The notes under the pieces were generated by a model that saw only the letters and a program-made list of their open reading frames with translations, was not told the DNA's origin and did not search any database. Made by a program: the position numbers and the translations under genes. A DNA stretch of 64,000 nucleotides, from contig CAVRZA010000008.1 of NCBI GenBank assembly GCA_963725665.1, positions 64,001 to 128,000 of the forward strand, read 5' to 3'. This DNA is from an uncultured Actinomycetes bacterium (GTDB lineage: Bacteria > Actinomycetota > Thermoleophilia > UBA2241). The first letter of the stretch is position 1. Every line of letters starts with the position of its first letter. This document shows, piece by piece, positions 42,346 to 51,176 of the stretch.

Positions 42346-43104
42346 ATGGCTCACGTGCTTGCGTTCGCCAACCAGAAGGGCGGCGTAGCCAAGACGACCT
42401 CGACCCTGAACCTGGGCGTAGCGCTCAGGGAGCGCGGCCTGCGCGTGCTGGGCGTCGACATGGACCCGCAGGGCAACCTGACGATGAGCCAGGGGATCGA
42501 CCCAGAGACGCTCGACAAGAGCATGTACGACGTACTCGTGCACCACACGCCGATCGAGGACGTGATCGTGGAGCGCGAGATCGACATCGCCACGTCGACG
42601 ATCGACCTCGCCGGGGCCGAGATGGCCCTCTCGACGATGATCGGCCGGGAACGCACCCTCGAGCGCGCCCTCTCCCACGTCAAACGGCGCTACGACTACA
42701 TCCTCATCGATACCCCGCCCTCGCTCGGACTTCTGACTATCAACGCGCTCACCGCCTCTGAGGGTGTCATCGTGCCGGTGCAGTGCGAGTACCTGTCCCT
42801 GCGTGGTCTGCTCCAGCTCGAGCACACGCTGCGCATGATCCGCGACAACCTCAACCCCAAGGTGCGCATCAAGGGCATCCTGCCGACGCTGCTCGATGCG
42901 CGTACGCTGCACGGCAAGGAGGCCGTGGAAGTGCTGCGCGAGAACTACGGGTCCCTCGTCTTCAACACGACGGTACGCAAGACGATCAAGTTCGCCGAGG
43001 CGCCGGTGAAGGGCTCGTCGGTGCTGAGATACGACCCCAAGAGCGCTGCCGCGGAGGCCTACCGGGCCCTTGCCGGGGAGGTATTGAATGGGAAGTCGCG
43101 CTAG
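42346..43104 (+). CDS. parA: Orphan ParA/Soj-family ATPase
   Basis: ANQKGGVAKTT, DMDPQGN, IDTPPSLG, PVQCEY, DART, AEAP; no adjacent parB and no MinD-type membrane helix. Confidence 0.94.
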   Translation: MAHVLAFANQKGGVAKTTSTLNLGVALRERGLRVLGVDMDPQGNLTMSQGIDPETLDKSMYDVLVHHTPIEDVIVEREIDIATSTIDLAGAEMALSTMIGRERTLERALSHVKRRYDYILIDTPPSLGLLTINALTASEGVIVPVQCEYLSLRGLLQLEHTLRMIRDNLNPKVRIKGILPTLLDARTLHGKEAVEVLRENYGSLVFNTTVRKTIKFAEAPVKGSSVLRYDPKSAAAEAYRALAGEVLNGKSR

Positions 43105-44275
43105 CATGCGGGACGGCCTGAACGAGCTCTTCCGTCGCAGCGAGGAGCGCGGCGGCGGTGAACCGCCCGACCGCTCGCGCGACGACCCCTTCGCGTCGGG
43201 GCGCGGCTATGTGACCACCATCAAGGTGGTCGGGGTCGGCGGCGCCGGCACGAACGCCGTCAACCGCATGGTCGACGAGGGCATCCGCGGCGTCGAGTTC
43301 ATCGCCGTAAACACAGACACTCAGGCTCTCGAGATGTGCGACGCCGATGTGAAAGTGCATATCGGTCAAGAGATCACCCACGGCCTGGGCGGGGGCGCTG
43401 ACCCCGATGTCGGTCGCGAAGCCATGGAGGCCTCGCGCGATCAGGTCAAACAGGCGCTGCGCGGCTCCGACATGGTGTTCATCACGGCCGGGGAGGGTGG
43501 CGGCACAGGTACGGGAGCCTCGCCTGTCATCGCCGCCGTGGCGCGGGAGCTCGACGCCCTCACAGTAGCCATCGTGACGCGGCCGTTCACCTTCGAGGGC
43601 CGCAAGCGTTCGCAGCAGGCATCCGAGGGCATCGAAGAGCTGCGCCGCATGGCCGACGCCGTCATCATCATCCCCAACGAGCGCCTGCTGCAGGTCGTCG
43701 AGCGCACGACCACGATGGTGGAGGCGTTCCGGTTCGCCGACGACGTGCTGCGCCAGGGCGTGCAGGGCATCACCGACCTCATCACGGTGCCTGGCCTCAT
43801 CAACCTCGACTTCGCCGACGTGCGCACCATCATGAAGGATGCCGGCACGGCGCTCATGGGCATCGGCTCGGCGACCGGCGACACCAGGGCCGGCGAAGCG
43901 GCCACTCAGGCAATCGCCTCGCCGTTGCTCGAGACGTCGATCTCGGGCGCGCGCGGGATCCTCCTGAACATCACCGGCGGCAAGGACCTGTCGCTCTACG
44001 AGGTCAACGACGCCGCGCAGACGATCGCCGAGGCCACCCACGACGAGGCCAACATCATCTTCGGCGCCGTGGTCGACGAGCGTCTCGAGGGTCGCATGAC
44101 GGTCACGGTGATCGCCACCGGCTTCGATGGGCAGTCGCTGGCGCTGGAGCCGTCAAGCCGGGAGGAGAACGAGCCAAGCGGACCTCGCCGGCCTACGGAG
44201 CCGATCTTCGAGCCACCGCCGCGCTTCGACGATGAGCTCGACGTGCCGTCGTTCGTGCGCCGGCCCGAGGAGTAG
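43088..44275 (+). CDS. ftsZ: Cell division protein FtsZ with an N-terminal extension of about 40 aa
   Basis: IKVVGVGGAG, GGGTGTG tubulin signature, T7 loop INLDFADV, C-terminal peptide LDVPSFVRR. Confidence 0.97.
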   Translation: MGSRASMRDGLNELFRRSEERGGGEPPDRSRDDPFASGRGYVTTIKVVGVGGAGTNAVNRMVDEGIRGVEFIAVNTDTQALEMCDADVKVHIGQEITHGLGGGADPDVGREAMEASRDQVKQALRGSDMVFITAGEGGGTGTGASPVIAAVARELDALTVAIVTRPFTFEGRKRSQQASEGIEELRRMADAVIIIPNERLLQVVERTTTMVEAFRFADDVLRQGVQGITDLITVPGLINLDFADVRTIMKDAGTALMGIGSATGDTRAGEAATQAIASPLLETSISGARGILLNITGGKDLSLYEVNDAAQTIAEATHDEANIIFGAVVDERLEGRMTVTVIATGFDGQSLALEPSSREENEPSGPRRPTEPIFEPPPRFDDELDVPSFVRRPEE

Positions 44276-44284
44276 TCGCCCCGC

Positions 44285-45139
44285 ATGACGGCCATCGGCA
44301 CGGCAGCGACGCGACCTCTCGGGGCCGCGCCCTCAGGCTTGCCGCAGCTTGAGTTCGACCTCGACGTCTTCCACGGGCCTTTCGACCTGCTTGTTACGCT
44401 GATCCTGCGCGAGGAGATCGACCTCTGGGAGGTCAGCGTCTCGCGTCTCATCGCCGAGTACGTCGTGCACTTGGCCGACAGCGGCGAGTTCGATCTCGAG
44501 GCGACCTCACAGTTCGTCGTGCTGGTCGCGTCGCTGCTCGAGATGAAGTCGCGCCTCCTCGTGACCGGCGACCTGTTCGCTGACGAAGAGGAGCCCAACG
44601 ACGAGGGGACGGCCGAGGAATTGCTGGCCGCGCTCGTGCGTTACACGCAGTTCAGGCGCGCCGGCGAGGCGCTTGCCGGCGGCTACGCTGAGCACGCCGG
44701 TCGCGTCTACCGGCAGGCGCCGGTGCCGGCGCGCTTCTTGCGCTCATCGCAGGACGGTCCGACGCTCGCCTCGGCGCTGCTCGTCTCGGCTCTGACGCCG
44801 CTCTTGCGTGAGCCGCCGGCGCCCGACGCGAGCCACATCACCGACCTGGCCGTATCGCTCGTGGCGGAGCTGCGCCGCCTGCGCCGGCGGCTCATCGACG
44901 GTGGGTCGTTCACGTTCGCCGCCGTGGCGCCCCGCGACCGGCTGCGCAAGGCGCTCACGTTCTTCGCTCTGCTGGAGCTGCACAGCCGGGGCGAAGTGCG
45001 CCTCGCGCAGACGCGGCCGTTCGCGGATATCACGGTGACGCCGACGGACGGTCGGGCGCCCGCGAAGGGTGGGCGTGACTGGTCGAGGGGTGGACGCGAC
45101 GGGACGAGGCGTGATCTCACGCTGGTGTCCGAGAGGTGA
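44285..45139 (+). CDS. scpA: Segregation and condensation protein A (kleisin)
   Basis: FHGPFDLLVTLI, LLEMKSRLL, FFALLEL...Q.RPFADI. Confidence 0.93.
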   Translation: MTAIGTAATRPLGAAPSGLPQLEFDLDVFHGPFDLLVTLILREEIDLWEVSVSRLIAEYVVHLADSGEFDLEATSQFVVLVASLLEMKSRLLVTGDLFADEEEPNDEGTAEELLAALVRYTQFRRAGEALAGGYAEHAGRVYRQAPVPARFLRSSQDGPTLASALLVSALTPLLREPPAPDASHITDLAVSLVAELRRLRRRLIDGGSFTFAAVAPRDRLRKALTFFALLELHSRGEVRLAQTRPFADITVTPTDGRAPAKGGRDWSRGGRDGTRRDLTLVSER

Positions 45140-45200
45140 TGGCGGCGGCGCTTGAGGGTAGGATGACGCCCGGTCGGAAGCGGCTCGAACGACGGGACCT

Positions 45201-45773
45201 ATGGATGAAGTGACACGACTGACCGAGGCCATCCTCTTCGTCTCACCGCGACCGGTGTCGCGCGAGGAGCTCGCCGCCGCGTGCGAGCTCGAGGTGGCCC
45301 GCGTGGAGGAGGCACTCGCTGAGCTGCGCCGCGAGTACGACGGTCGCCACGGCATCGAGCTGCGAGCGGTGGCGGGAGGCAACGCCTTCGCCGTAGCTCG
45401 CGACTGCGAGGCGGCGGTCGAGCGCTTCGCCGGCGCCCGCCGCCCCGACGAGCTGTCGCCGGCGTTGCTCGAGGCGTTGAGCGTCGTCGCCTACCTGCAG
45501 CCGGCGACACGCGCTGAGGTGGCCCAGGTGCGCGGCGTATCCTCGGATTGGGCGTTGGCGGCCCTCGAGGAGCGCGGCCTCGTCGAAGAGGCGGGCCGCG
45601 CCGACTCGCCGGGCGCCCCGATCCTCTACCGCACGACGCGGCTCTTCCTGCAGCTCTTCGGACTGCACGACCTCGGCGAGCTACCGCCGCTGGCCGAGTT
45701 CGAGCTCACGGCGGCCGAGGTCGACGAGCTGCGCTCGCGACTCCAGGCGAATGCCGAGAGGAGGGGCGCCTGA
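45201..45773 (+). CDS. scpB: Segregation and condensation protein B
   Basis: EAILF, LEALSVVAYLQP.TR, RGV, PG.PILYRTT..FL..FGL..L.ELP. Confidence 0.95.
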   Translation: MDEVTRLTEAILFVSPRPVSREELAAACELEVARVEEALAELRREYDGRHGIELRAVAGGNAFAVARDCEAAVERFAGARRPDELSPALLEALSVVAYLQPATRAEVAQVRGVSSDWALAALEERGLVEEAGRADSPGAPILYRTTRLFLQLFGLHDLGELPPLAEFELTAAEVDELRSRLQANAERRGA

Positions 45774-46726
45774 TGCTTGAGGACGCCGAGGGGCCGGGCG
45801 CGGCCGAGGACCCGCGCGACGGGGACGCCGCGCAAGATGGAAACGACGACCAGCGCGACGAGGGCGCAGCGGACGACGAAGAGCGCGGCCCCGACCTGCG
45901 CGGCGAGGGCCGACACGGGCGCGGAGAGCGTGACGAGCGCCGCCGCCGCGGCGTCTACCTGTCCGTCTACCTCGCGCGTTCGGGGGCCGGCTCGCGGCGT
46001 CACTGCGACGAGGTCGTCAAGCAGGGCAGGGTAACGGTCAACGGCGTCGTCGTCACCTTTCCGCGGGAGCAGGTGGGGCCCGACGACGAGGTGGCCGTCG
46101 ACGGCGAGATCGTGACGCCGCGCGAGCTACGCTACGTCCTCGTGAACAAGCCACGCGGCGTCGCCTCGACGCGCAGCGACCCGCACGCCGACCGCGTGCT
46201 CATCGAGCTCGTGCCCGACGGTCGCATCCTGTTCCCGGTAGGGCGCCTCGACGTCGAGACGACCGGACTCATCGTGCTCACCAACGACGGCGTGCTGGCC
46301 AACCGGCTCATGCACCCGCGCTACGGCGTGCCCAAGACGTACGTGGCGCGAGTGCAAGGCCGCATCGCGAAGAACGACTTGGCGGAGCTGCGTCGCGGCG
46401 TCCAGCTCGAGGACGGGGTGACGGCACCGGCCGAGGCGCGGCTCATCAAGCAGAGCCCGAAGACGGCCCTCGTGGAGCTCACGCTCCACGAGGGCCGCAA
46501 ACGCCAGGTGCGGCGCATGTTGGAGGCACTCGGCTTGGGCGTCGAGGAACTGCACCGCCGCCGCTACGGCCCCCTTTCCGACAAGGGGCTGGGCGTCGGG
46601 CAGCACCGCGACCTGACGCAGGAGGAGGTCGACGCGCTGCGCCGCGCCGGCGAGGAGTCAGACAGCAGGGTGCGCGCCGAAGACCCCGCAGACGTGCTGG
46701 GCCCAGAGACGGCGGTCGAGCCCTAG
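45773..46726 (+). CDS. rluB: rRNA pseudouridine synthase (RluB/RsuA family)
   Basis: S4 domain, NKPRG, PVGRLD, TNDG, EGRKRQVRRM. Confidence 0.92.
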   Translation: MLEDAEGPGAAEDPRDGDAAQDGNDDQRDEGAADDEERGPDLRGEGRHGRGERDERRRRGVYLSVYLARSGAGSRRHCDEVVKQGRVTVNGVVVTFPREQVGPDDEVAVDGEIVTPRELRYVLVNKPRGVASTRSDPHADRVLIELVPDGRILFPVGRLDVETTGLIVLTNDGVLANRLMHPRYGVPKTYVARVQGRIAKNDLAELRRGVQLEDGVTAPAEARLIKQSPKTALVELTLHEGRKRQVRRMLEALGLGVEELHRRRYGPLSDKGLGVGQHRDLTQEEVDALRRAGEESDSRVRAEDPADVLGPETAVEP

Positions 46727-46853
46727 GCGGCCGTCGCCGAGCAGATGATGGCGCCGGCCGGGCTCCACTCTGGTCACGGGTCGCGCTCGCCGGGCGACCG
46801 TTTCAAGGTCCGGCACGTCGCGCCGCATCCGGCTCTTCGCTGCGCGGCCGGTG

Positions 46854-46940
46854 TATACTCCACTCTCTTGACGAAGGAGGGCGGTGCGGCTCTTCGCAGT
46901 GCCGCCGTCGCCGGTGCGACCTCGCTCACACCGCCCTGCA
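46854..46940 (+). promoter_or_regulatory. -10 TATACT and a structured leader of the aro operon
   Basis: TATACT at 46854-46859; 9-bp stem AGGGCGGTG/CACCGCCCT enclosing two short hairpins. Confidence 0.45.
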
Positions 46941-46989
46941 GCGACCGCGCCCGTTATCGAGGATCCCAGAGCAACGAGGACGACCGACC

Positions 46990-47124
46990 GTGAACGATGC
47001 GACCGTCAACGAAGCGATCGAGCTGAGGCCGAGAGCCCTCCGCGCAGCGACGACCGCCGACGGGGATACGAGCCAGGAGATCGCCTCGTTCACCGAGCGG
47101 TTCCGCCTCGACATGCGGGAGTAG
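46990..47124 (+). pseudogene. aroH: AroH-type chorismate mutase remnant (44 aa, in-frame internal deletion)
   Basis: RALRAATTADGDTSQEIASFTER resembles the AroH N-terminus (RAIRGATT) and is joined directly to FRLDMRE, resembling the C-terminal LRPDL. Confidence 0.7.
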
Positions 47125-47127
47125 CGC

Positions 47128-47547
47128 ATGCGATTCCTGGCGCACCGCGACCGCACCGTGCCGTACAAGCCCGGCTCTCCGGCCGAACTGGTCAAGCCAG
47201 CCCAGGTCGCTGCGATCGAGGCGCTCAAGCATCAGGACGAGGTGGTCGAGCGCCGGCGGTTGAACGCCGAGATGCGCGCCTACATGGTGCAGCGCGCCTA
47301 CATGGTGCAGCGGCTCGCCGCCATGGGGCGGGCCACGGTGCCCAGCGAGGCCAACTTCATGCTCGTCGAAGTGGGCGACCTCTGCCCGCCCGACGTGGGA
47401 GTCTGCCAGCGGCTGCTCGAGCTCGGCGCCATCGTTCGCGACGGAGCCAAGATCGGCTGTCCGGGCTGGGCGCGTGTGGGTGTGGGCACGCGGGCCGAGA
47501 TCGACTTCTTTCTCGACAAGCTGAGCGCCGCGGGCGCCGGCGGCTGA
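47128..47547 (+). pseudogene. hisC: HisC-type aminotransferase remnant lacking the PLP-binding large domain
   Basis: N-terminal PYKPG..ELVK fused to the C-terminal AQVAAIEAL...PSEANF...AIVRD...RVGVGT; no PLP-lysine motif. Confidence 0.85.
47274..47309 (+). repeat. 18-bp tandem duplication (RAYMVQ x2) in the hisC remnant
   Basis: GCGCGCCTACATGGTGCA occurs twice in tandem. Confidence 0.95.
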
Positions 47548-47564
47548 GGGAGGCCACGTTGGGC

Positions 47565-48581
47565 ATGATGATCATCATGGATGAGGGGGCGACCGAGGAA
47601 GAGGTCGCCCACGTCGTCGCGCGCCTGGCGGAGGTCGGTGCGACGGGGCACGTGTCGAGGGGCGACCGCGTGACGGTGATCGGAGCAATAGGCGACAGGG
47701 AGGAGATCACCGCCTTGCCGCTCGAGGCTTGCCCGGGCGTCGACCGTGTGGTGGCAATCCTCAAGCCCTACAAGCTCGTCAGCCGCGAGTTCCATCCCGC
47801 GGACACCGTGATCGACGTGCGCGGGGTGAAGGTCGGCGGCGGCCACTTCGCGCTCATCGCCGGCCCGTGCTCCATAGAGAACGAGGAGCAGGTGATGGCC
47901 GCCGCGCGGGCGGTCAAGGAGCACGGCGGCAGCATGCTGCGCGGCGGCGCCTTCAAACCGCGCAGCTCCCCGTACAGCTTTCAGGGGCTCGGCGTCGAAG
48001 GCCTGCGCCTGCTGGCGGCGGCCCGTGACGAGACCGGCCTGCCGATCGTCACCGAGCTGATGGACCCGCGCGACCTGGAGCCGGTGCTCGAGTACGCTGA
48101 CATCATCCAGATCGGCGCCCGCAACATGCAGAACTTTCAGCTGCTCTCCGAGTGCGGCCAGGTCGAGAAGCCTATCCTGCTCAAGCGCGGCCTCGCGGCG
48201 ACCATCGAGGAGTGGCTGATGGCGGCCGAGTACATCGTGAAGGAGGGCAATCGCCGGGTCATCCTCTGCGAACGGGGCATCCGCACGTTCGAGACGGCGA
48301 CGCGCAACACGTTCGACGTGAGCGCCGTCCCGGTCGTGAAGCTCGCCTCCCACCTGCCCATCCTCGTCGATCCCAGCCACGCCACGGGACGCCCAGAGCT
48401 GGTGCTGCCGCTCTCGCTGGCCGGTATCGCAGCCGGCGCCGACGGCGTCCTCATCGAGACGCACCCCAATCCCGAGCAGGCCCTGTCGGACGGACCCCAG
48501 TCGATCTCGACGGCGGCCTTCGCCGAGTACGCCGCGCGGGTGCACGACCTGGTCGCCTGGGTCGGCAAACGGGTCTCCTGA
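47565..48581 (+). CDS. aroF: DAHP synthase type I-beta with N-terminal ferredoxin-like regulatory domain
   Basis: IAGPCSIE, RGGAFKPRSSPYSFQG, QIGARNMQNF, LKRG, CERGIRTFE, DPSH; alternative TTG start at 47559. Confidence 0.96.
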   Translation: MMIIMDEGATEEEVAHVVARLAEVGATGHVSRGDRVTVIGAIGDREEITALPLEACPGVDRVVAILKPYKLVSREFHPADTVIDVRGVKVGGGHFALIAGPCSIENEEQVMAAARAVKEHGGSMLRGGAFKPRSSPYSFQGLGVEGLRLLAAARDETGLPIVTELMDPRDLEPVLEYADIIQIGARNMQNFQLLSECGQVEKPILLKRGLAATIEEWLMAAEYIVKEGNRRVILCERGIRTFETATRNTFDVSAVPVVKLASHLPILVDPSHATGRPELVLPLSLAGIAAGADGVLIETHPNPEQALSDGPQSISTAAFAEYAARVHDLVAWVGKRVS

Positions 48582-48672
48582 AAGTGCGGCGGCCGGTGCT
48601 CTGGCGGCGGCATCAGGTTAGGCGGCGGGGCGACGGTTCGCCGGCGCGCATGCCGGTGACGGTTGGTGTGAC

Positions 48673-49839
48673 ATGACCTCCGGGGACGCCACGAACGTCG
48701 GCCCGCGCGGTCAGTCGGGTCGAGGCGAGAGCGGCTCTGCGCGTCGCACGGTGGCCATCGTCGGCGTGGGCCTGATGGGAGGGTCGCTGGGCCTCGCTGC
48801 GCAGATCAGGGCCGGGGTCCAGCGCGTCGTGGGTTACAGCCGTACCTCCGCGACGCTCGAGCAGGCCCTGGCGCTGGGAGCGATCACCGAGGCCGCCGCG
48901 TCGCTCGAAGAGGCGGTAGCGGAGGCCGATCTCGTCTTCATCTGCACGCCCGTGTGCGAGGTCGTCGAGCACGTACGGCGCGCCTACGCGGCGGCCCGTC
49001 TCGGCTGCGTCGTCACCGACGTGGGCAGCACCAAGACGCGTGTTATGGAGTCGCTCTCCTGGGAGCAGCAGGCGACGTGTATCGGCGGGCACCCTCTGTG
49101 CGGCGCCGAGACCGCCGGCGTGGGCAACGCGCGTGCTTCGCTCTACGAGGGAGCCACGTACTTCCTCACGCCCGGGGCGCACGTGCGCCACGGCGCCTTT
49201 CAGGAGCTCTTCGACTTCGTCGCCGCTCTGGGTGCACGGCCGGTGGCGATCGACGCCGCCGAGCACGATCGCCTGATGGCGGTCGTCAGCCATCTGCCGC
49301 ACGTGCTCGCCAACACGCTCATGACGCAAGCGGGCGGCCGCGAGAGCGGCCGCGATGCTCTGCTGAGCGCAGGCCCGAGCTTCCGCGACCTCACTCGCAT
49401 CGCGGGCAGCAACAGGCGGGTCTGGACCGACATCTTCCTCGAGAACCGCGCCGCCTTGCTTGAGGCGTTGCGCGCCTTTCGCGCCGGCCTCGACGAGGTC
49501 GAGGGCGCTCTCGAGGCGGCCGACGCCGAGCTGCTCACCGAGCAGATCGGGGCCGCGGCCGCCCACCGGCAGCGCATGCTGGTCGACTCGAGCCTCGTGC
49601 CCGAGGCGCTCTACCGGCTCGAGGTGCAGATGCCGGATCGGCCCGGCGTGCTCAAGGAGATCATGACGGCCTTGGGCGACGAGATCATCAACGTCGAGGA
49701 CCTCGCCCTGCATCACATGAGCGCCGAGCTCGGCGGCACGCTCACGGTGTACGTGTCGGGCGACGACGTCTGCCGCCGCGCGGCGGACGTCGTCGCAGAG
49801 CTGGGCTACCCCGTGAGCACGGCCAAGGTCGTGGAGTGA
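48673..49839 (+). CDS. tyrA: Prephenate dehydrogenase with C-terminal ACT domain
   Basis: GVGLMGGS, DVGSTK, GGHPLCG, HD..MA.VSHLPH, RDLTRIA, PDRPGVL. Confidence 0.93.
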   Translation: MTSGDATNVGPRGQSGRGESGSARRTVAIVGVGLMGGSLGLAAQIRAGVQRVVGYSRTSATLEQALALGAITEAAASLEEAVAEADLVFICTPVCEVVEHVRRAYAAARLGCVVTDVGSTKTRVMESLSWEQQATCIGGHPLCGAETAGVGNARASLYEGATYFLTPGAHVRHGAFQELFDFVAALGARPVAIDAAEHDRLMAVVSHLPHVLANTLMTQAGGRESGRDALLSAGPSFRDLTRIAGSNRRVWTDIFLENRAALLEALRAFRAGLDEVEGALEAADAELLTEQIGAAAAHRQRMLVDSSLVPEALYRLEVQMPDRPGVLKEIMTALGDEIINVEDLALHHMSAELGGTLTVYVSGDDVCRRAADVVAELGYPVSTAKVVE

Positions 49840-51176
49840 GCGGGGCGGCGATGACCGAGACCGCCACCTTCGCGCCGTCGGGCCCGCTGCGCGGAACCGT
49901 GCGCGTGCCGGCGGACAAGTCGATCACGCAGCGGGCACTGCTCATCGGCGCCGTGAGCGACGCCGTCGTGGAGGTGCGCGACCCGCTGTGGGCCGGCGAC
50001 ACCGAGGCGACGGCGGGCATGCTCGCCCAGCTCGGCGTGCGCGTCGAGCGCGACGCCGGCGGCCGCCTGGCGCGCGTCTACGGCGTGGGCCTGCGCGGCC
50101 TGCGCCCGCCGGTGGACAGGCTCGACGCGCGCAACTCCGGCACGGCGATGCGCCTGCTCGCCGGGCTTCTGGCCGGTCAGCGAGGGACGTTCGTCATCGA
50201 CGGCGACGAGAGCCTGCGGCGGCGCCCGATGGCGCGCGTCGCCGATCCTCTCCTGGCGATGGGCGTCTCGGTGAGCACCGACGGCGGCCGCCCGCCGCTG
50301 ACGATCACCGGTGGTGAGGTCCGCCCGGTGACCTACGAGTTGCCGCAGGCGAGCGCTCAGGTGAAGTCATGCATCCTTCTGGCCGGACTCTTCGCCAGCG
50401 GCGAGACGCGCGTGCGCGAACCGCACCGCAGCCGCGACCACACAGAGCGCATGCTCGCCGCGGCCGGCGTCGAGGTGACGGTGGAGACGCTGGGTGCCGT
50501 CTCAGGCGGGCGGCAGATCGTCCTTCGCGGCCCCGCCCAGCCTCGCCTGCGGGCAATCGACGTGCCCGGCGACCCCTCGTCGGCCGCCTTCCTCGTCGCG
50601 GCGGCCGTCGTCGCGCCCGGCTCAGAGCTCGCGGTCGAGGGGCTCGGCCTCAACGAGACGCGCATGGGCTTCTTCGAGGTGCTGCGTCGCATGGGGGCGC
50701 CGGTGGAGTGGCGCGTCGAGAGTGAGAGCGGCGGCGAGCCGGCCGGCCGCCTCACGGCGTCGGCGGCCGGCCGGCTCGCCGCGGTCACTGTGTCGGCCCG
50801 CGAAGTGCCGCTCCTCGTCGACGAGCTGCCGCTCGTCGCCCTCGTCGCGGCCTTCGCCGACGGGGAGACGGTGGTCGAAGGCGCAGCCGAGCTGCGTGTC
50901 AAGGAGACGGACCGGCTCGCCGCCACGGTCGAGCTGCTCTCTGCTCTCGGCGTCGACATCGTAGCCACCGACGATGGTTTCGTCGTGCGCGGCGGATCCG
51001 GGCTGCTCGGAGGCTCCGTGGAGAGCCGCGGCGATCACCGGCTCGCGCTCTTGGGCGCGGTCGCCGGTCTTGTCGCCGCCGGGCCCGTGACGGTCGCCGG
51101 CTTCGACGCCGCCGACGTCTCGTTCCCCGGCTTCCGCGACCTCCTGGGGGAGGTGGCACCGCAGCCGTGGCGGTGA
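49836..51176 (+). CDS. aroA: EPSP synthase
   Basis: PADKSITQR, NSGTAMR, SAQVKS, RDHTE, PGDPSSA, ELRVKETDR, DHR. Confidence 0.96.
   Translation: MSGAAMTETATFAPSGPLRGTVRVPADKSITQRALLIGAVSDAVVEVRDPLWAGDTEATAGMLAQLGVRVERDAGGRLARVYGVGLRGLRPPVDRLDARNSGTAMRLLAGLLAGQRGTFVIDGDESLRRRPMARVADPLLAMGVSVSTDGGRPPLTITGGEVRPVTYELPQASAQVKSCILLAGLFASGETRVREPHRSRDHTERMLAAAGVEVTVETLGAVSGGRQIVLRGPAQPRLRAIDVPGDPSSAAFLVAAAVVAPGSELAVEGLGLNETRMGFFEVLRRMGAPVEWRVESESGGEPAGRLTASAAGRLAAVTVSAREVPLLVDELPLVALVAAFADGETVVEGAAELRVKETDRLAATVELLSALGVDIVATDDGFVVRGGSGLLGGSVESRGDHRLALLGAVAGLVAAGPVTVAGFDAADVSFPGFRDLLGEVAPQPWR

Noticed and set aside
42346-43104. Calling the ATPase MinD or the chromosomal ParA of a parABS locus
   Set aside because: It has no C-terminal membrane-targeting helix, no adjacent minC/minE or parB, and I saw no parS-like palindrome; its motifs are Soj-like.
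46884-47564. 227-aa N-terminal fusion to DAHP synthase (565-aa ORF)
   Set aside because: The sequence is Arg-rich off-frame text over the aroH and hisC remnants; aroF has its own SD and start at 47559/47565.
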